Shown: positions 59,872-64,000 of the stretch, piece after piece
How positions within the stretch are numbered: the stretch's first letter is position 1
Layout: each line of letters starts with the position of its first letter
NCBI RefSeq assembly: GCF_009914755.1
Contig: NC_060942.1
Strand: one strand, 5' to 3'
Source of the DNA: the human T2T-CHM13v2.0 reference genome, Homo sapiens
Length of the DNA: 64,000 nt
The notes under the pieces: generated by a model
The model's database searches: none
Told to the model about the DNA's origin: nothing
The model's input: the letters and a program-made list of their open reading frames with translations, nothing else
Program-made: the position numbers and the translations under genes

Positions 59872-60230
59872 GATTATTATACCTTTGGACATAAGGCCAA
59901 AGGAAGGATTATACAATAAATGAGGCTAGTATAAATTAGTTAACTACTGGGGAAGGGACAATTTCCTTACATTGCACCATACACTAAATTAAACTGACAA
60001 CAATTAAAGCTTGAATAAAGCTTTAAGGAAATACAGGTGAATATCTAAATGATGATTATGCCTTTGGGCATAAGGCAAAAGGAAGGATTATAGAATAAAT
60101 GAGGCCAGTATAAATTAGTTAACTACTGGGGAAGGGACAATTTCCTCACATTGCACCATACACTAAATTAAACTGACAAGGATTAAAACTTGAATAAAGC
60201 TTTAATGAAATATAGGTGAATATCTAAATG
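59872..60230. repeat. 179-bp tandem duplication inside an old L1M
   Basis: cctttgg(a/g)cataagg at 59882 and 60061; the two units align end to end with scattered substitutions. Confidence 0.95.
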
Positions 60231-60437
60231 GTTTTATGATGGAGAAGAAAAAAACATAAAAGCAATGGAAGCAATCATGAAAGAAACAATCAATATATTT
60301 GACCACATAAAAAATATTTAAATAATCAAAATAATTATAAACAAATTAAAAGGCAAAGAACAAATTGCAAAAATTATTTCCAAAAACATGATGGACAACA
60401 GGTTGAGCTCCTTAAAATATAAAGAATTTATTAAATT

Positions 60438-62260
60438 CCTATACACCAATAACAGACAAAAAGAGAGCCAAATCATGAGTGAATTCCCATTCACAATTGC
60501 TTCAAAGAGAATAAAATACCTAGGAATCCAACTTACAAGGGATGTGAAGGACCTCTCCAAGGAGAACTACAAACCACTGCTCAACAAAATAGAAGAGAAC
60601 ACAAACAAATGGAAGAATATTCCACGCTCATGGATAGGAAGAATCAATGTCGTGAAAATGGCCATACAGCCCAAGGTAATTTATAGATTCAATGCCATCC
60701 CCATCAAGCTACCAATGACTTTCTTCACAGAATTGGAAAAAACTACTTTAAAGTTCATATGGAACCAAAAAAGATCCCACATTGCCAAGACAATCCTAAG
60801 CAAAAAGAACAAAGCTGGAGGCATCATGCTACCTGACTTCAAACTATACTACAAGGCTACAGTAACCAAAACAGCATGGTACTTGTACCAAAACAGATAT
60901 ATAGACCAATGGAACAGAACAGAGCCCCCAGAAATAATACCACACATCTACAACCATTTGATCTTTGACAAACCTGACAAAAACAAGAAATGGGGAAAGG
61001 ATTCCCTATTTAATAAATGGTGCTGGGAAAACTGGCTAGCCATATGTAGAAAACTGAAACTGGATCCCTTCCTTACACCTTATACAAAAATTAATTCAAG
61101 ATGGATTAAAGACTTAAATGTTAGACCTAAAACCACAGAAACCCTAGAAGAAAACCTAGGCAATACCATTCAGGACATAGGCATGGGCAAGGACTTCATG
61201 ACTAAAACACCACAAGCAATGGCAGCAAAAGCCAAAATTGACAAATGGGATCTGATTAAACTAAAGAGCTTCTGCACAGCAAAAGAACCTACCATCAGAG
61301 TGAACAGGCAACCCACAGAATGGGAGAAAATTTTTACAATCTACCCATCTGACAAACGGCTAATATCCAGAATCTACAAAGAACTCCAACAAATTTACAA
61401 GAAAATATCAAACAACCCCATCAAAAAGTGGGCAAAGGATATGAACAGACACTTCTCAAAAGAAGACATTTATGCAGCCAACAGACACATGAAAAAATGC
61501 TCATCATCACTGGCCATCAGAGAAATACAAATCAAAACCACAATGAGATACCATCTCACACCAGTTAGAATGGCGATCATTAAAAAGTCAGGAAACAACA
61601 GGTGCTGGAGAGGATGTGGAGAAATAGGAACACTTTTACACTGTTGGTGGGACTGTAAACTAGTTCAACCATTGTGGAAGACAGTGTGGCGACTCCTCAA
61701 GGATCCAGAACTAGAAATACCATTTGACCCAGCAATCCCATTACTGGGTATATACCCAAAGGATTATAAATCACGCTGCTATAAAGACACATGCACACAT
61801 ATGTTTATTGCGGTACTATTCACAATAGCAAAGACTTGGAACCAACCCAAATGTCCACCAATGATAGACTGGATTAAGAAAATGTGGCACATATACACCA
61901 TGGAATACTATGCAGCCATAAAAAAGGATGAGTTCATGTCCTTTGTAGGGACATGGATGAAGCTGGAAACCATCATTCTGAGCAAACTATCGCAAGGACA
62001 GAAAACCAAACACCACACGTTCTCACTCATAGGTGGGAATTGAACAATGAGAACACTTGGGCACAGGGTGGGAAACATCACACACAGGGGCCTGCCATGG
62101 GTTGGGGGGAGAGGGGAGGGATAGCATTAGGAGATACACCTAATGTAAATGACGAGTTAATGGGCACAGCGCACCAACATGGCACATGTATACATATGTA
62201 ACAAACCTGCACATTGTGCACATGTACCCCAGAACTTAAAGTATAATAATAAAAAAATTA
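60438..62260 (+). mobile_element. 5'-truncated L1PA (about PA4-PA5) with open ORF2 C-terminus, 3'UTR, A tail and 17-bp TSD
   Basis: ORF 60388..62043 is L1 ORF2 (IKYLGIQLT; CCHC knuckle [18 protein letters not shown]; end FSLIGGN); TSD aaagaatttattaaatt at 60421-60437 and 62261-62277. Confidence 0.97.
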
Positions 62261-62779
62261 AAAGAATTTATTAAATTAATAAGAAAAACACTAAAACCTC
62301 AATGAAAATAAATGGGTAAAAGGCACAACTAGACAATTCACTAAAAAAGAGATACAAGTGGATCATATGCATAAGAAAATTGTCCACCTTGATGAATAAT
62401 CTAAAAAATTATACGACAAAACAACATACCTTTTGCTCATGAAATCAGCAAAGAGAATCACAGTTTGAGTACAATATTATAGAAACATTCACGTAGAGGC
62501 TGAGTGGCAATGTCAATTGGTAAAACATTTTTGGAAAAGAATATGTTAATATTCAAGGAGAATACTAAAGAAGTTCATGCACTTTAACCCAAATTTATTA
62601 ATTTTTATGTTTTTTAGACAGGATCTCACTTTGTCACCCAAGCTGGAGTACAGTGGCATGATTACAGCCCACTGCAGCCTCTAACTCTTAGGGTCCAACA
62701 ATCCTCCTGTCTCAACCTCCTGAGTAGCTGAGACTACAGGTTCATGTCACCATGCCTAGCTAATTTTTTTTTTTTTTTT

Positions 62780-64000
<1,221 letters not shown>

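Noticed and set aside
59872-60230. Repeat-spacer (CRISPR-like) or satellite array
   Set aside because: Only two contiguous units, no spacers, and it lies within L1-derived human DNA.

Overview
Human genomic DNA (it carries an AluYa5 with all five subfamily diagnostics). The whole window lies inside TMEM241 (SLC35D4/C18orf45, an SLC35-type nucleotide-sugar transporter; 18q11.2 by recall), transcribed from the minus strand. Eight small coding exons (26-82 nt; exons 3-10 by recalled numbering) have canonical AG/GT ends and compatible phases. They splice into one open frame running from WQTLIGGLLLHVSWKLG to DIDQQYLNYIFS. The rest is intron, dominated by about 55-60 Alus, L1/L2/MIR fragments, MaLR and ERV1 solo LTRs, DNA-transposon MITEs and microsatellites. 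The only long ORF (551 aa) is the C-terminal part of LINE-1 ORF2 in a 5'-truncated L1PA. I cannot support a new multi-gene system here. The best leads are splicing-related: an Alu whose target-site duplication copied an exon's splice donor (the copy is now broken), well-formed candidate poison or cassette exons including a 25-nt microexon, inverted Alu pairs around exons, a young AluYa5, and CTCF/AP-1 motif sites. Repeat subfamily names come from recalled consensus sequences and repeat boundaries are approximate.
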